Positions 1 through 10,302 of a stretch of DNA of 64,000 bases are shown one piece after another (positions within the stretch are counted from its first letter, which is position 1; each line of letters starts with the position of its first letter). The notes under the pieces were generated by a model, which ran no database searches, was not told the origin of the DNA, and saw only the letters and a list, made by a program, of their open reading frames with translations. A program made the translations under genes and the position numbers. Source of the DNA: Spirochaetia bacterium (GTDB taxonomy: Bacteria > Spirochaetota > Spirochaetia > SZUA-6 > Bin103); assembly GCA_965203515.1 (NCBI GenBank), contig OZ241907.1, forward strand, positions 1,216,001-1,280,000, given 5' to 3'.

Positions 1-2
1 AA

Positions 3-389
3 GTGCGCATCATCTTCATCGATTACCTGACCCTGGTCACCTCCGAGCATCTCGACCTGCCGCGCCACGAGCAGATCGCGGAGATCTCACGTTCGCTGAA
101 GGCGCTGGCGCGGGAGCTCGACATCCCGGTGGTGGCGCTTTCGCAGGTGCGCCGCGAGACCGAAGGGCGGCGGCCGGCGCTGGCCGACCTGCGTGAATCC
201 GGCTCCATCGAGCAGGATGCCGACGTGGTGATGTTCCTGCACCGGGAGCGTGAACCGGAAGGTCCGCGGATCGAGACCGACCTCATGGTTGCCAAGCAGC
301 GCAACGGTCCCACCGAGGACGTCAAGCTGGCGTTCATCCCCCGGTTCGTGCGGTTCGAGTCATATCAGCACGGAGAGATCGAGGCGTAG
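3..389 (+). CDS. dnaB: Replicative DNA helicase DnaB, C-terminal part (5' truncated by window edge)
   Basis: Motifs IFIDYL, SRSLKALARELDIPVVALSQ, DLRESGSIEQDADVVMFLHR, AKQRNGPT. Confidence 0.97.
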   Translation: MRIIFIDYLTLVTSEHLDLPRHEQIAEISRSLKALARELDIPVVALSQVRRETEGRRPALADLRESGSIEQDADVVMFLHREREPEGPRIETDLMVAKQRNGPTEDVKLAFIPRFVRFESYQHGEIEA

Positions 390-2577
390 CTCCGAGGGGA
401 TCGTCGCGCACGTAGCGGGCGCCGCCCGCCGATGTCCAGTATCGGTCGGGAGAGGTCACCAGCCACTCGAAGTCCCGCCAGACGCGCAGGTCGAGGTGGT
501 GCGCCAACGTGTCCGCCGACCAGACGCTGAGCGTGCCGTCGGCGTTGGCTGCGTAGACCCGCCCTCGGTGGACCGTCACCCGCCGGGCTGCCCGGCCGGT
601 AGCCTGCAAGGCCCGCACGCGCCGCCCGTCCCACGTGCGCACCTGCCCGGCCAGCGAGAAGAAGATCGGTCCTCCGGCCGCCTCGATCGCCACCGAGCCG
701 CGCAGGTCTTCGCCGCCGACCACGAACAGCGTGCGGCGTTGCTCCAGACCGGGCCCGGCGTGCCGTGTCAGCGTGGTGCGGCTGACGGCGCCTTCGTGCA
801 CGCCGAGCGAGTAGAGCGCCGCCGACCGCGCGTCGTACTCCAGATCGTAGACGAAGCTGCGCTGATCGGGCATCGCCACCGTCTCACCGGTCGCCGCGGC
901 GACGGTCACGATCGAGGCGCCGGACGCGCCGAAGCCGGAAACCGCGGCGATCAAGACCGGCGCGCCGTTCCGCTCGCCGGCCACCACGTCGGCCGCGCCG
1001 GGAATCCTGGCGGTGAACAGCGGCTCGAACACGGCAGAGTCCGGCGCGGCCGATCCCGTATCGGGCGCGGCCGATTGCGCATCGGGCGCGCCCGATTGCG
1101 TATCCGGTGGGTCCGCGAACGCGCCGGCCCGCACCGTGAGCTGCGCGGCCTCGCCGCTGCGGTCGACCGCCGCGATCGTCCCGCCGGCGACGTCGAGATT
1201 CGCCAGGGGCGCCGCCAGCGCGCGCCGCGGCGGGTCGAGCCGGTCTTCCTGCAGGTGCAGCACCGCGATACCCGGTTCCTCGGCGGCCGACCAGACCAGC
1301 ACGCGGTCGGTGTCGAGCGCCGTGACCCGCGCCCGGCGGTCCGCGTCCGGTCCGAACGGACGCGGAAACACGTGCGCCTCGATATCGGTTCGCTCCCCCG
1401 CGGCGAGCCACAGCGGCGCGCCGAGGACGAAGTCGCCGGTGACGGTGACCACGCCGGCCTCGGTCCCGAGCGCGATGGTGCGGCCGGTCACCGCCACGTC
1501 GATGATCGCCAGCCGTTCATCGCGGGCGAGCACCGCGAACGCCGGATCGGATGCACGCAGGTCGAGCGCCAGGATCGTCCCGTCAGCCAAGCCGACGTAG
1601 ACCGCCTCTCGACCGTACGACAACGCCGCCGGCGCGCCCGCCACCCGCCGCGTCAGCACGGCGTCCTCGAAGCGGCCGGCCGTCACCGGCAGCACGTGCA
1701 GCGCCGGGCCGTGCTCGTCCTCCGCGATGGCCAGCACCCGGCCGGCGGCGTCCCAGAGCGCCATCAGCCGCAGGCCGTCGATGCGCCGCCGGTCGATCGC
1801 CGCGCCGTCTACCGCGTCGACCGACACCAGCCACTCCCCGGCGCGGCCGATCAGGTAGCGCCGGTCGGCGCTCAGTCCCAGACCGGTGAGGTCCGCCGGT
1901 ACCCGCAGGCTCTGCCGTATCTGCCCGGTGGCGCGGCTCCGATAGGTCAGCGATCCCGACGGCTGGTAGGTCAGCACCGTCTGTTCGTCGCGGGAACTGA
2001 CCGCGAAGGTGACGATGCCGGTCCCCCGTTCCAGCCCGGCTTGCCGATCGCCGGTCGCCGGGTCCAGGAGCCACAGGCCATCGAAGGCGGCGCGGCCGAC
2101 GAGCAGCGATCGCGCGGTGCGCGACAATCCCAGAAACAGCGTTCGATCGTCCTGCGGTACGCTGAACAGCGCGCGATCCCGTTCCCAGTCCCAGGCCGCC
2201 ACCCGTTCGCCGTCCGCGCCGCCGAGCGCGAGGTAGGCGCGCGGCAGCCGGGGGTGCGCCACGAGCGCCGACGGCACGCCGCCGGCCAGCGCCAACGAGC
2301 GCCGCAACGCTCCGTCGCCCGGATCCCACACCCGCAGGGTCCCGTCGGCGCCGGCGGAGATCAGCAGATCGCCGCCGCGCCACGGCGCCAGATGGGTCAC
2401 CGCGCCCCGGTGACCGGTGTCGAACCACAGCCCGCCGGGGGGGATGGAGCCGGACGCCCCCACGGTTTGCCGGTGCTCCGCCCCGGCCGCCGCGGTCACC
2501 AGCGCCAGGAGCGCCGCCGCGGCGGCGCGGCGAACCGCAGAATCGGCCCTCGACGGTGTCGGCCCGGACGCGCTCAA
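334..2577 (-). CDS. Secreted WD40-like beta-propeller protein
   Basis: N-terminal hydrophobic signal (AAALLALVTAAAGA); WD-like motifs GHRGAVTHL...SAGADGTLRVWD and ANADGTLSVWS; start overlaps rseP stop. Confidence 0.7.
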   Translation of the reverse strand: MSASGPTPSRADSAVRRAAAAALLALVTAAAGAEHRQTVGASGSIPPGGLWFDTGHRGAVTHLAPWRGGDLLISAGADGTLRVWDPGDGALRRSLALAGGVPSALVAHPRLPRAYLALGGADGERVAAWDWERDRALFSVPQDDRTLFLGLSRTARSLLVGRAAFDGLWLLDPATGDRQAGLERGTGIVTFAVSSRDEQTVLTYQPSGSLTYRSRATGQIRQSLRVPADLTGLGLSADRRYLIGRAGEWLVSVDAVDGAAIDRRRIDGLRLMALWDAAGRVLAIAEDEHGPALHVLPVTAGRFEDAVLTRRVAGAPAALSYGREAVYVGLADGTILALDLRASDPAFAVLARDERLAIIDVAVTGRTIALGTEAGVVTVTGDFVLGAPLWLAAGERTDIEAHVFPRPFGPDADRRARVTALDTDRVLVWSAAEEPGIAVLHLQEDRLDPPRRALAAPLANLDVAGGTIAAVDRSGEAAQLTVRAGAFADPPDTQSGAPDAQSAAPDTGSAAPDSAVFEPLFTARIPGAADVVAGERNGAPVLIAAVSGFGASGASIVTVAAATGETVAMPDQRSFVYDLEYDARSAALYSLGVHEGAVSRTTLTRHAGPGLEQRRTLFVVGGEDLRGSVAIEAAGGPIFFSLAGQVRTWDGRRVRALQATGRAARRVTVHRGRVYAANADGTLSVWSADTLAHHLDLRVWRDFEWLVTSPDRYWTSAGGARYVRDDPLGATPRSLRADMTRTARTGG
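1033..1116. repeat. About 4 imperfect 21-bp tandem units inside the WD40-like gene (PDTQSGA/PDAQSAA/PDTGSAA)
   Basis: tcccgtatcgggcgcggccga / ttgcgcatcgggcgcgcccga and neighbouring units. Confidence 0.8.
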
Positions 2578-3947
2578 CGCTGTCCCGCAAGGAACAGGAT
2601 GTCGCTCAGCGTTACCGATATCGCGACCAGGATCAGCACCGACACGCCGATCGTCTGGATGCGATAGACCACCGCCGGCTTGACGCGCCGGCCCAGGATC
2701 AACTCCACGCCGTACAGCACGATGTGACCGCCGTCGAGCGCCGGGATCGGCAGCAGGTTCATCAGGAACAGCACGACGCTGATCACGCTCAGGAAGCGCA
2801 GGAAGTCGGTGATGCCGGCGGCCAGTCCGTTCTGCAGGCCGCCGGTCGCCACCGCGCCCATGTAGTAGGTGAGCCGGAGCGGGCCGGCGACCGCGTCGCG
2901 CATGCCGCCGCTGAACAGCTGCCCGATCCCTTCGACCGTCGCCCGTACGGTGCGCCCCACCTCCCGGAGCGCCGCTCCCAGCGCCGGGACCGGAGCCGGC
3001 TCGCGGTAGCGGATCTCCGGGATCAGCAGGCGCGCGCCGGCCAACTCGACGCCCCCGGCGCGCACCGCCCAGGCCTGCGGCACCGTGACGGATCGCCCAC
3101 TCCGCTCGACCGTGAGCTCGACCGGGCTGCCGCTCCGCCGCAGCGCTTCGTGGAGGTCGACCGTGTGGGCGACGGCGACTCCATCGACGGCGACGATGCG
3201 GTCGCCGACCGCCAGTCGGGAGGAGCCGGCGCCGTCCACTACCGCGCCGTCCACTACCACGTCGTCCTCGATCGCGCCGATCACCGGGTCGATCCAGGCG
3301 TACACGCCGATCCGTCCGGTCCGCGACTCCGCGTCGAGCGCGGGCGTGACGGCGGCCGCGAGCGCGCGGCCGCCCCGTTCCACCGTGATCCGCAGCTCAC
3401 GCTCCGGCGCCGGCGATACCTCCCGGATGATGTCCTGAAAGCTGCGCACGCGCTGCCCGTCGATGGCGACGATGCGGTCACCGGTCCGCAGCCCCGCGCT
3501 CATCGCCGGCGAGTCCCGATCGACCGGCACCACGATGCGGTTGTCGGGCGAACGGATCGTGAAGCCGGTCCACGCCACGACGGCCAACACCAGCACCGCG
3601 AAGGCAAGGTTGGCGAGCGGTCCGGCGGCGACGATCGCGATCCGGCGCCAGGGGCTGGCCGCGAAGAAGGCGCCCGGCTCGGTCATGGCAGGCGTCCAGT
3701 CGTCCCCGGCGGCGCCGCGCAGCACCTCGTCGCCGCGCATCTTGCAGTAGCCGCCGAACGGGAACCACGAAAGCTGATACCACGTGCCGCCGCGCTGCAC
3801 CCCGGCCAGCCGCCGGCCCCAACCGATGGAGAAGATCTCGACGTGCACGCCCGCCGCGCGCGCCGCCAGGAAATGGCCCGATTCGTGCACCAGAATCATC
3901 ACGCCGAGCCCGATCACGCCGAAGGCGACGGTGAGCACCGTGTCCAC
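2574..3947 (-). CDS. rseP: RIP metalloprotease RseP (M50 family, PDZ domains)
   Basis: HESGH zinc motif, AGPLAN, PDZ segments, NLLPIPALDGG. Confidence 0.95.
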   Translation of the reverse strand: MDTVLTVAFGVIGLGVMILVHESGHFLAARAAGVHVEIFSIGWGRRLAGVQRGGTWYQLSWFPFGGYCKMRGDEVLRGAAGDDWTPAMTEPGAFFAASPWRRIAIVAAGPLANLAFAVLVLAVVAWTGFTIRSPDNRIVVPVDRDSPAMSAGLRTGDRIVAIDGQRVRSFQDIIREVSPAPERELRITVERGGRALAAAVTPALDAESRTGRIGVYAWIDPVIGAIEDDVVVDGAVVDGAGSSRLAVGDRIVAVDGVAVAHTVDLHEALRRSGSPVELTVERSGRSVTVPQAWAVRAGGVELAGARLLIPEIRYREPAPVPALGAALREVGRTVRATVEGIGQLFSGGMRDAVAGPLRLTYYMGAVATGGLQNGLAAGITDFLRFLSVISVVLFLMNLLPIPALDGGHIVLYGVELILGRRVKPAVVYRIQTIGVSVLILVAISVTLSDILFLAGQR

Positions 3948-3965
3948 GCCGTTAAGCTAACACCG

Positions 3966-4832
3966 TCACGCCACTACCGCGTAGAACACCGGAGCGCCCA
4001 GCAGAATCGAGTCGATCGAATCCATCACGCCGCCGCGCCCCGGGACGTGGCGGCCGGAGTGCTTCACCGCGGCCGCCCGCTTGATGGCCGACTCCACCAG
4101 ATCCCCGGCGATGGTCGCGGTCCCCACCGCCGCCCCCAGACCGAGCGCCGCGACCGGGCCGAGCGGCAGCGCCTCCGGGAACAGCCGCGTCACCCCCGCC
4201 CCCAGCGCCAGCGCCATGACCGCCGACCCGGCGAACCCGACCACCGTCTTGTTGGGGCTGACCGGCAGACCGCAGGGGCGGGCGCGGGTGAGCCGGCCGG
4301 CCAGGTAGCCGGCGATGTCGGTGCCGAAGACCAGGATGAAGAAGGCGAGCAGCACCTCGCCGGCACGGTCCAGCGACGCCATCCTCACGACGTAGCTGAC
4401 CAGCAATCCCGGATACAGCAGCACCAGCACGGCCGCCGACGAGCGCTCGCGGATCGGCTCCTCCGCCGGGCGTGCGCTCGGCACCGTGCCGAGCAGCAGC
4501 AGCCCGCCGGCGCCGCCCGCCAGGTATGCGGTCATGGCATGCGGGCCGAGCGCGCCGGTGATCTGCAGATAGGTGACCGCCGGCACTCCCGCGCTCGCCG
4601 CGATCGCCGCGACGCGCGCGAGCGGGGGCCGGGCCGCGCCCGGCATCAGGCGCAACACCTCGTGCGCGGCGAACGCGGTGGCGACCGTAGTCGCTACGGC
4701 CAGCGCCACGTGCCGGTGTCCCGGCAGGAGCAGCGTCACGGCGATGAAGAACGGGACGGAGACGGCAAACAGGAGCAGGCGGCCGGCCGTCTCCCGGCGG
4801 TCGGGCTCCGGCGATCTCCCGCGTCCCCGCAC
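3966..4832 (-). CDS. cdsA: Phosphatidate cytidylyltransferase
   Basis: DIAGYLAG, SPNKTVVG, GDLVESAIKR, PGRGGVMDSIDS; multi-TM; canonical position. Confidence 0.9.
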   Translation of the reverse strand: MRGRGRSPEPDRRETAGRLLLFAVSVPFFIAVTLLLPGHRHVALAVATTVATAFAAHEVLRLMPGAARPPLARVAAIAASAGVPAVTYLQITGALGPHAMTAYLAGGAGGLLLLGTVPSARPAEEPIRERSSAAVLVLLYPGLLVSYVVRMASLDRAGEVLLAFFILVFGTDIAGYLAGRLTRARPCGLPVSPNKTVVGFAGSAVMALALGAGVTRLFPEALPLGPVAALGLGAAVGTATIAGDLVESAIKRAAAVKHSGRHVPGRGGVMDSIDSILLGAPVFYAVVA

Positions 4833-4842
4833 ACCCGGCTCC

Positions 4843-5397
4843 TTAAATCGACAGGATCTCCTGCTCCTTGTGCTCCACCAGCTCGCCGACCTTGACGATC
4901 TGAGCGTCGGTCAGCTTCTGGATCTCGGCCGTCATGCGGCGCGCGTCGTCCTCGCCGGTCTCGCCGCCCTTCTGAGCCTTCTTGATCGCTTCGTTGGCGT
5001 CGCGCCGCGCACCGCGGATGGCGACCCGCGCCCGCTCTCCGGCGGCTCGGGCCAGCTTGGCGATCTCCTGCCGCCGCTCGGCGGTGAGCTGCGGGATGGC
5101 GATGCGGATCACCTTGCCGTCGTTGCCGGGGTTGAAGGAGAGGTCGGACTTGTGAATCGCGCGCTCGATCTCGCCGAGCAGCGTGAGGTCCCACGGCTGG
5201 ATCACGACCAGGCGCGCTTCCGGCACCGTGATCGTGGCGACCTGATTGAGCGGCATGTCCTGGTCGTAGTAGCGCACGGTTATGCGGTCGAACAGCGAGG
5301 CCGACGCCCGGCCGGTGCGGATGGTCCGGAACTCGGACTCCAGCGCCTGAATCGCCTTGGTCATGCGTCGCTTCGCGTCGGCGGTCGCGTCAGCCAT
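4843..5397 (-). CDS. frr: Ribosome recycling factor
   Basis: IRTGRAS, IQPWD, NDGKVIRIAIPQLTAERR; SD-like gaggag upstream. Confidence 0.97.
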   Translation of the reverse strand: MADATADAKRRMTKAIQALESEFRTIRTGRASASLFDRITVRYYDQDMPLNQVATITVPEARLVVIQPWDLTLLGEIERAIHKSDLSFNPGNDGKVIRIAIPQLTAERRQEIAKLARAAGERARVAIRGARRDANEAIKKAQKGGETGEDDARRMTAEIQKLTDAQIVKVGELVEHKEQEILSI

Positions 5398-5437
5398 GTG
5401 CGTGTACTCCTCAATCCTGCTCGTCAGGCCGGTCTCG

Positions 5438-6277
5438 TCAGCCCTGCTCGCCGACCTTGAAGTATCGGAAGTCGGCGATGGTCACCGAATCGCCCAAGCG
5501 CTTCCCCAGCCCGGCGAGCACCTGCTTCACCTTCTGCTTCTCGTCCCGGACGAAGCCCTGCTCCAGCAGGCAGATCTCCGACAGGTGCTTGCTCAGCTTG
5601 CCGCGCACGATGCTCTCGGTCACCTTCGCCGGCTTGTCGAGCGCTTCCGCCTGCGTGCGGAAGATACGCTCCTGTTCGTCGCGGTAGGCGGCGTCGACAT
5701 CGCCCGGCTCCAGGAAGCGCGGCGCGAACGCCGCCACGTGCAGCGCCAGATCGTGGGCGGTCTGCCGGACCTGGTCGTCAACCTTCCCTCCGGTGCGCAC
5801 CTTGACCAGCACGCCGATCGATCCTTCGCCGTGCACGTACTCGGCGACGTGCTCTCCCGCCGCCGCGTCGACCGGCATCACCGCGCACCGCTTGAAGCCG
5901 ATGTTCTCGCGGATGCGGGTCGCCGCGTCGCCGATCGCCCGGCGCATGTGGTCGTCCGGCTCCTTGAGGTCATGCGCCAGGGTGTGGGCGGCCAGCGACC
6001 GACCCAGCTCCACGAACCGATCGTTGCGGGCGACGAAGTCGGTCTCGCTCGACAGTTCCAGCAGCGCGGCGCCGCCGTCCCGGACGACCGCGAACACGCG
6101 CCCCTGATCGGCCGCGCGGCCGACCCGCTTGGCCGCCGCCGCAAGACCCTGCTCCTTCAGCTTGCGCTCCGCCGCCTGCAGGTCGCCGTCGGCCTCCACC
6201 AACGCGGTCTTGCAGTCCATCATGCCGGCGCCGGTCATGGCGCGCAGTTCCTTGACCGCCGCGGCGCTGACGCTCAC
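5438..6277 (-). CDS. tsf: Elongation factor Ts
   Basis: [24 protein letters not shown]. Confidence 0.98.
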   Translation of the reverse strand: MSVSAAAVKELRAMTGAGMMDCKTALVEADGDLQAAERKLKEQGLAAAAKRVGRAADQGRVFAVVRDGGAALLELSSETDFVARNDRFVELGRSLAAHTLAHDLKEPDDHMRRAIGDAATRIRENIGFKRCAVMPVDAAAGEHVAEYVHGEGSIGVLVKVRTGGKVDDQVRQTAHDLALHVAAFAPRFLEPGDVDAAYRDEQERIFRTQAEALDKPAKVTESIVRGKLSKHLSEICLLEQGFVRDEKQKVKQVLAGLGKRLGDSVTIADFRYFKVGEQG

Positions 6278-7245
6278 AGGTCTTCGTAGAGCCGGTCTTC
6301 GTCGATGCCGGCGGTCTCTTCTTCGGTCGGCGGTTCGGCGGCCGTTTCGTCGCGCTCGTAGGCGGACGGATCGAAGTCGGAATAGTCCTGATCGGTGAAC
6401 CGTCCCGGCGCGCCGGCGTCATCCGCCTGCAGCGCCTCGCCCAGTGCGACCGTCTCCACGGCATCGACCTCCGGAGTGCGGCCGTCCGCCGCCTGCTCCG
6501 GATAGCCGGCGTACTCCTCGGACATCTCGTCGTCCTGCAGGTTCTCGATCACCTCCAGACCGACCTCGTTCTCCGCCTCGACCACGGCGTTGGCGATGAT
6601 CTGGGTGAACAGGTTGATGGCGCGGATCGCGTCGTCGTTGCCGGGTATCGGATAGGCGATGCCCTCCGGATTGCTGTTGGTGTCGACCACGGCGACGATC
6701 GGCACGCCGACGGCGCGCGCCTCGTCCACGGCGATCGACTCGTTGCGCGTGTCGATGATGAACACGACGCCGGGCAGCTCCTTCATCTCCTTGATGCCGC
6801 CGAGGTTGCGCTCCAGGCGCGCACGCTCCTTGAGCATCAGCGAGATCTCCTTCTTGGTGAGGTTGCGGAAGGTGCCGTCGACCTCCATCTTCTCGATCTT
6901 CTTGAGCTTCAGCAGCGATCGTTTGATGGTCGAGAAGTTGGTGAGCATGCCGCCCAGCCAGCGGTTGTTCACGTAGAACATCTGGCAGCGCTTGGCCTCG
7001 CGCTCGATCGATTGCTGCGCCTGTTTCTTGGTCCCCACGAACAGTACGGACTTGCCGTCCAGCACGACCTGGCGCACGACGTCGTAGGCGCTCTTGATGG
7101 CCGCGATCGTCTTCTGCAGGTCGATGATGTGGATGCCGTTGCGCTCGGCAAAGATGTATCTGCGCATCCTGGGGTCCCAGCGCTTGGTCTGATGACCGAA
7201 GTGCACGCCGGACTCCAGGAGGTTCTTCATCGTGACTACCGCCAC
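6274..7245 (-). CDS. rpsB: 30S ribosomal protein S2 with acidic C-terminal tail
   Basis: [36 protein letters not shown]. Confidence 0.98.
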   Translation of the reverse strand: MAVVTMKNLLESGVHFGHQTKRWDPRMRRYIFAERNGIHIIDLQKTIAAIKSAYDVVRQVVLDGKSVLFVGTKKQAQQSIEREAKRCQMFYVNNRWLGGMLTNFSTIKRSLLKLKKIEKMEVDGTFRNLTKKEISLMLKERARLERNLGGIKEMKELPGVVFIIDTRNESIAVDEARAVGVPIVAVVDTNSNPEGIAYPIPGNDDAIRAINLFTQIIANAVVEAENEVGLEVIENLQDDEMSEEYAGYPEQAADGRTPEVDAVETVALGEALQADDAGAPGRFTDQDYSDFDPSAYERDETAAEPPTEEETAGIDEDRLYEDL

Positions 7246-7898
7246 GTTGTCCCCCTTGGTTGGTTGCGGTTATGCGACGTATCGATTTCCCCAAGGATGC
7301 CATACAGCGCCTCCAATGGCAAGCCGACCACGTTGCTGCGCGAGCCCCGGATGCGATCGACCAGGCACGCCCCGCCTGCCTGCACGCGGTACCCGCCCGC
7401 CGCCCCGGACCACTCGCCGGTCCGCAGATACGCGCGCCGCTCCGCGCGGCTCAGCGCCCGCACCCGCACGACGCTCTCCGCGCTGGCCTCGCGGACCGAG
7501 CCGGTCTCGGCGTCGAGCAGGCAGACGCCGGTGATCACGCGGTGCTCGCGGCCCGCCAGCCGCCCCAGGAAGTCGTCCGCCTGCCGGACGTCGCGCGGCT
7601 TGCCCAGGATGGCGCCGTCGAGGTCGATGCAGGTATCGCAGCCCAGCACCAGCGGCCGCCGCGCCGGGGCGCGCGCCCACTCCGCAGGCGGCGGAACCGC
7701 CTGCAGGCGGCCGCCGACCGACAGCGCCTTGCCGCGCGCGAGCCGGCGGGCATAGGCGTGCGGCCGGGCGGAGTCGGCCGCCGACGGCGGCGCCTCGTCG
7801 ATCCCGCTCGGCAGGGCCACGAACGGCACGCCCTCCGACCGCAGCAGCTCGCGGCGGCCCGCCGAACCGGAGGCGAGCACGATCATGCGCGGCGGCAT
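7236..7898 (-). CDS. maf: Maf-family nucleoside triphosphate pyrophosphatase
   Basis: [36 protein letters not shown]; start at 7898 or 7886. Confidence 0.9.
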   Translation of the reverse strand: MPPRMIVLASGSAGRRELLRSEGVPFVALPSGIDEAPPSAADSARPHAYARRLARGKALSVGGRLQAVPPPAEWARAPARRPLVLGCDTCIDLDGAILGKPRDVRQADDFLGRLAGREHRVITGVCLLDAETGSVREASAESVVRVRALSRAERRAYLRTGEWSGAAGGYRVQAGGACLVDRIRGSRSNVVGLPLEALYGILGEIDTSHNRNQPRGTTWR

Positions 7899-7904
7899 CG
7901 GCCG

Positions 7905-7915
7905 TGTACTATACT
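7905..7915. promoter_or_regulatory. Overlapping divergent -10 boxes (TATACT on +, TATAGT on -) between maf and fni
   Basis: The only AT-rich patch (tgtactatact) in a ~30-bp divergent gap. Confidence 0.55.
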
Positions 7916-7927
7916 CGGCGCGTCGCC

Positions 7928-9019
7928 GTGCCCGGTTCCCGTTCCGCCTCGCCGATCCAGACGCGCAAGCAGCGCCATCTCGACGCATGCGTCGGCCCCG
8001 AGGAGGCGATTTCGAGCGCCGTCGCGGCCGGCTTCGATCTGGTCCGGTTCGAGCACGAAGCGTTGCCGGAGCTCGACCTGGACGAGGTCGATACCACCAC
8101 CGGCTTCCTGGGGACCGAGCTGGCGCTGCCGCTGATGATCTCCTGCATGACCGGCGGCACGCACCAGGGCCGCCGCGCCAACCGCGAGCTGGCCGCCGCC
8201 GCGCAGGCGTGCGGGGTCGCGGTCGGCCTGGGCTCGATGCGCGTGGGCCTGGAGAACCCCGAGGTGCTCGACCACTTCGCGGTCAAGGCGGAGGCCCCGG
8301 ACGTGCCGGTGGTCGCCAATCTGGCCGCCGCGCAGCTCCGCGGCATCGACCACGATCGGGTCATCGAAGCGCTGCACCGCCTGCGCGTGCAGGCGATCGC
8401 GCTCCACCTGAATCCCGGCCAGGAGCTGTTTCAGCCCCGCGGCGATCGCGGCTTCCGCGGTCTGGAGGCGGCGATCGCGGCGTTCGCCGAGCGCTGTCCG
8501 CTGCCAGTGATCGTCAAGGAGACCGGCTTCGGCATCTCGGTCTCCACGGCCTTGCGGCTGGTCGACGCCGGCGCCGACTACGTCGACGTCGCCGGCGCCG
8601 GCGGCACCAACTGGGTCCTGGTGGAGGCGCAGCGGCTCGACGGCGACGCCGCCGCAGCGGCGCGCGAGCTGGCCGACTGGGGCAACCCCACCGCCGCCGT
8701 GTTGGCCGCCATGCGCGGCGAGCCGCGGCTGGCCGGATCGATCATCGCCTCCGGCGGCCTGCGCCGCGGCCAGGACCTGGCCAAGGCGATCGCGCTGGGC
8801 GCCGAGATCGGCGCGATCGCCCTGCCATTCATCAAGGACGTCGTCGCCGGCGGCGCCGGCCGGGTCGCGCAGCGCATCCGGCTGCTCGGCCGGGTGCTGC
8901 GCGCGGTGATGCTGCTGACCCGATCGCCGACCGTGGAGGACCTGCGGCGCGCGCGGCTGAGCGTCGATCCGGCGCTCGCCGCGGACCGCGCGGCGCTTCC
9001 CGCGCGGCGGGTCCCGTGA
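7928..9019 (+). CDS. fni: Type 2 (FMN-dependent) isopentenyl-diphosphate delta-isomerase
   Basis: RKQRHL, MTGG, GSMR, HLNPGQELFQPRGD, VKETGFG, GAGGTNW, IASGGLR. Confidence 0.95.
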   Translation: MPGSRSASPIQTRKQRHLDACVGPEEAISSAVAAGFDLVRFEHEALPELDLDEVDTTTGFLGTELALPLMISCMTGGTHQGRRANRELAAAAQACGVAVGLGSMRVGLENPEVLDHFAVKAEAPDVPVVANLAAAQLRGIDHDRVIEALHRLRVQAIALHLNPGQELFQPRGDRGFRGLEAAIAAFAERCPLPVIVKETGFGISVSTALRLVDAGADYVDVAGAGGTNWVLVEAQRLDGDAAAAARELADWGNPTAAVLAAMRGEPRLAGSIIASGGLRRGQDLAKAIALGAEIGAIALPFIKDVVAGGAGRVAQRIRLLGRVLRAVMLLTRSPTVEDLRRARLSVDPALAADRAALPARRVP

Positions 9020-9030
9020 CCGGTTCCGGC

Positions 9031-10302
9031 ATGACCGGCTCCGGCGCGGCCGGCGAAGCGTTCGCCGGCCACCTGCGCGCCGTCGAGCGCTGGGAGCCGA
9101 CCGTGCGGGCGCTGGTCGGCTGGGATGGCGCGGCGGCGCGGCGGCGGGCGGAGTCGGCCGGCCGCGGGCCGCTGGCCGGCTGGGCGATCGGCGTCAAGGA
9201 CATCCTCGACCTAGCCGGCGAGCCGACGCGCTGCGGCGTCGACTTCCTGCCGCCCGAGCCCAAGGCGGCGTCCGCCCGCATCGTCGCGCGGCTCACCGAG
9301 CTGGGCGCGTACGCGCTTGCCAAGACGGTCACCACCAGCTTTGCCTATCTCGACCCGGGGCCTGCGCGCAATCCGTGGAACCCCGCGCACACGCCGGGCG
9401 GCTCGTCGATGGGCTCCGCGGCGGCGGTGGCGACCGGCATGGTGCGCGCCGCGATCGGCACGCAGACGGTCGGATCGGTATGCCGGCCGGCGTCGTTCTG
9501 CGGAGTGGTCGGCTTCAAGCCGTCCTACGGCGCCGTGTCCACGGCGGGCTGCTTCGCGCTGGTCCCCACCTTCGACACCATCGGCTTCTTCACCCGCACG
9601 GTCGACGACATGGCCGCGCTCTGGCGCGCCGTGCGGCCGCGCCAGGCGTCCGCGGCGGCGCCCGCCGAACGGCCGCCGGTGGCCGGCATCGTCGAAGACC
9701 TCCGGTGCGGGCCGTTCGACGCGCAGATGACGGCCGCGCTCCGCTGGGCGCGCGACCGCCTCGACGAACGCGGCATCCGCACCGAGACGGTGACCCTGCC
9801 GGCCGAGCTCGGCGCGGTCTACCGCGACAACCGGACGATCTTCGAGGTGGAGGCGGCCCGGTCGCACGCCGCGCTCTGGGAGCGCTACCGCGGCGCCTAC
9901 CCGCCCAAGCTGCGGGCGGTGCTGGAGGCGGCCGACGGCCGCTCGCAGGAACGCTATGCGGCCGCCTGCGCGGCGCGCGCCGATGCGCAGGAGCGCTTCG
10001 CGGCGCTGTTCGGCGACATCGACGTGGTGCTGGCGCCGGCGGCGCCCGGCGCGGCGCCGCGCGACCTGACGATCACCGGCGATCCGCGCGCCAACCTGCT
10101 GTTCACCCACGTGCGCGCGCCGGTGGTGTCGCTGCCGGCGCGGCTCGACGACGACGGGTTGCCGCTCGGCCTGCAGTGCGCGGCGCCGGCGGGGGCGGAC
10201 GCGGCGGTGCTGGCGGCGGCGCGCTCGATCGCCGGCGCGCTCGGCTTCGACGCGCTGCCGCCGGAGCCGGCCGCGCACGGAGGAAACGAGCGATGCGACT
10301 GA
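9031..10302 (+). CDS. Amidase signature family protein
   Basis: GVKDI, TPGGSSMGSAAAV, GTQTVGSVCRPASFCGVVGFKPSYG; alternative GTG start at 9016. Confidence 0.9.
   Translation: MTGSGAAGEAFAGHLRAVERWEPTVRALVGWDGAAARRRAESAGRGPLAGWAIGVKDILDLAGEPTRCGVDFLPPEPKAASARIVARLTELGAYALAKTVTTSFAYLDPGPARNPWNPAHTPGGSSMGSAAAVATGMVRAAIGTQTVGSVCRPASFCGVVGFKPSYGAVSTAGCFALVPTFDTIGFFTRTVDDMAALWRAVRPRQASAAAPAERPPVAGIVEDLRCGPFDAQMTAALRWARDRLDERGIRTETVTLPAELGAVYRDNRTIFEVEAARSHAALWERYRGAYPPKLRAVLEAADGRSQERYAAACAARADAQERFAALFGDIDVVLAPAAPGAAPRDLTITGDPRANLLFTHVRAPVVSLPARLDDDGLPLGLQCAAPAGADAAVLAAARSIAGALGFDALPPEPAAHGGNERCD

Noticed and set aside
250..4895. Long + strand ORFs (805 aa, 779 aa) and many similar antisense ORFs, e.g. 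17653-20673, 24186-26366, 47580-49718
   Set aside because: Shadow ORFs opposite well-supported genes; Arg/Gly/Pro-rich with no motifs; expected at this GC content.
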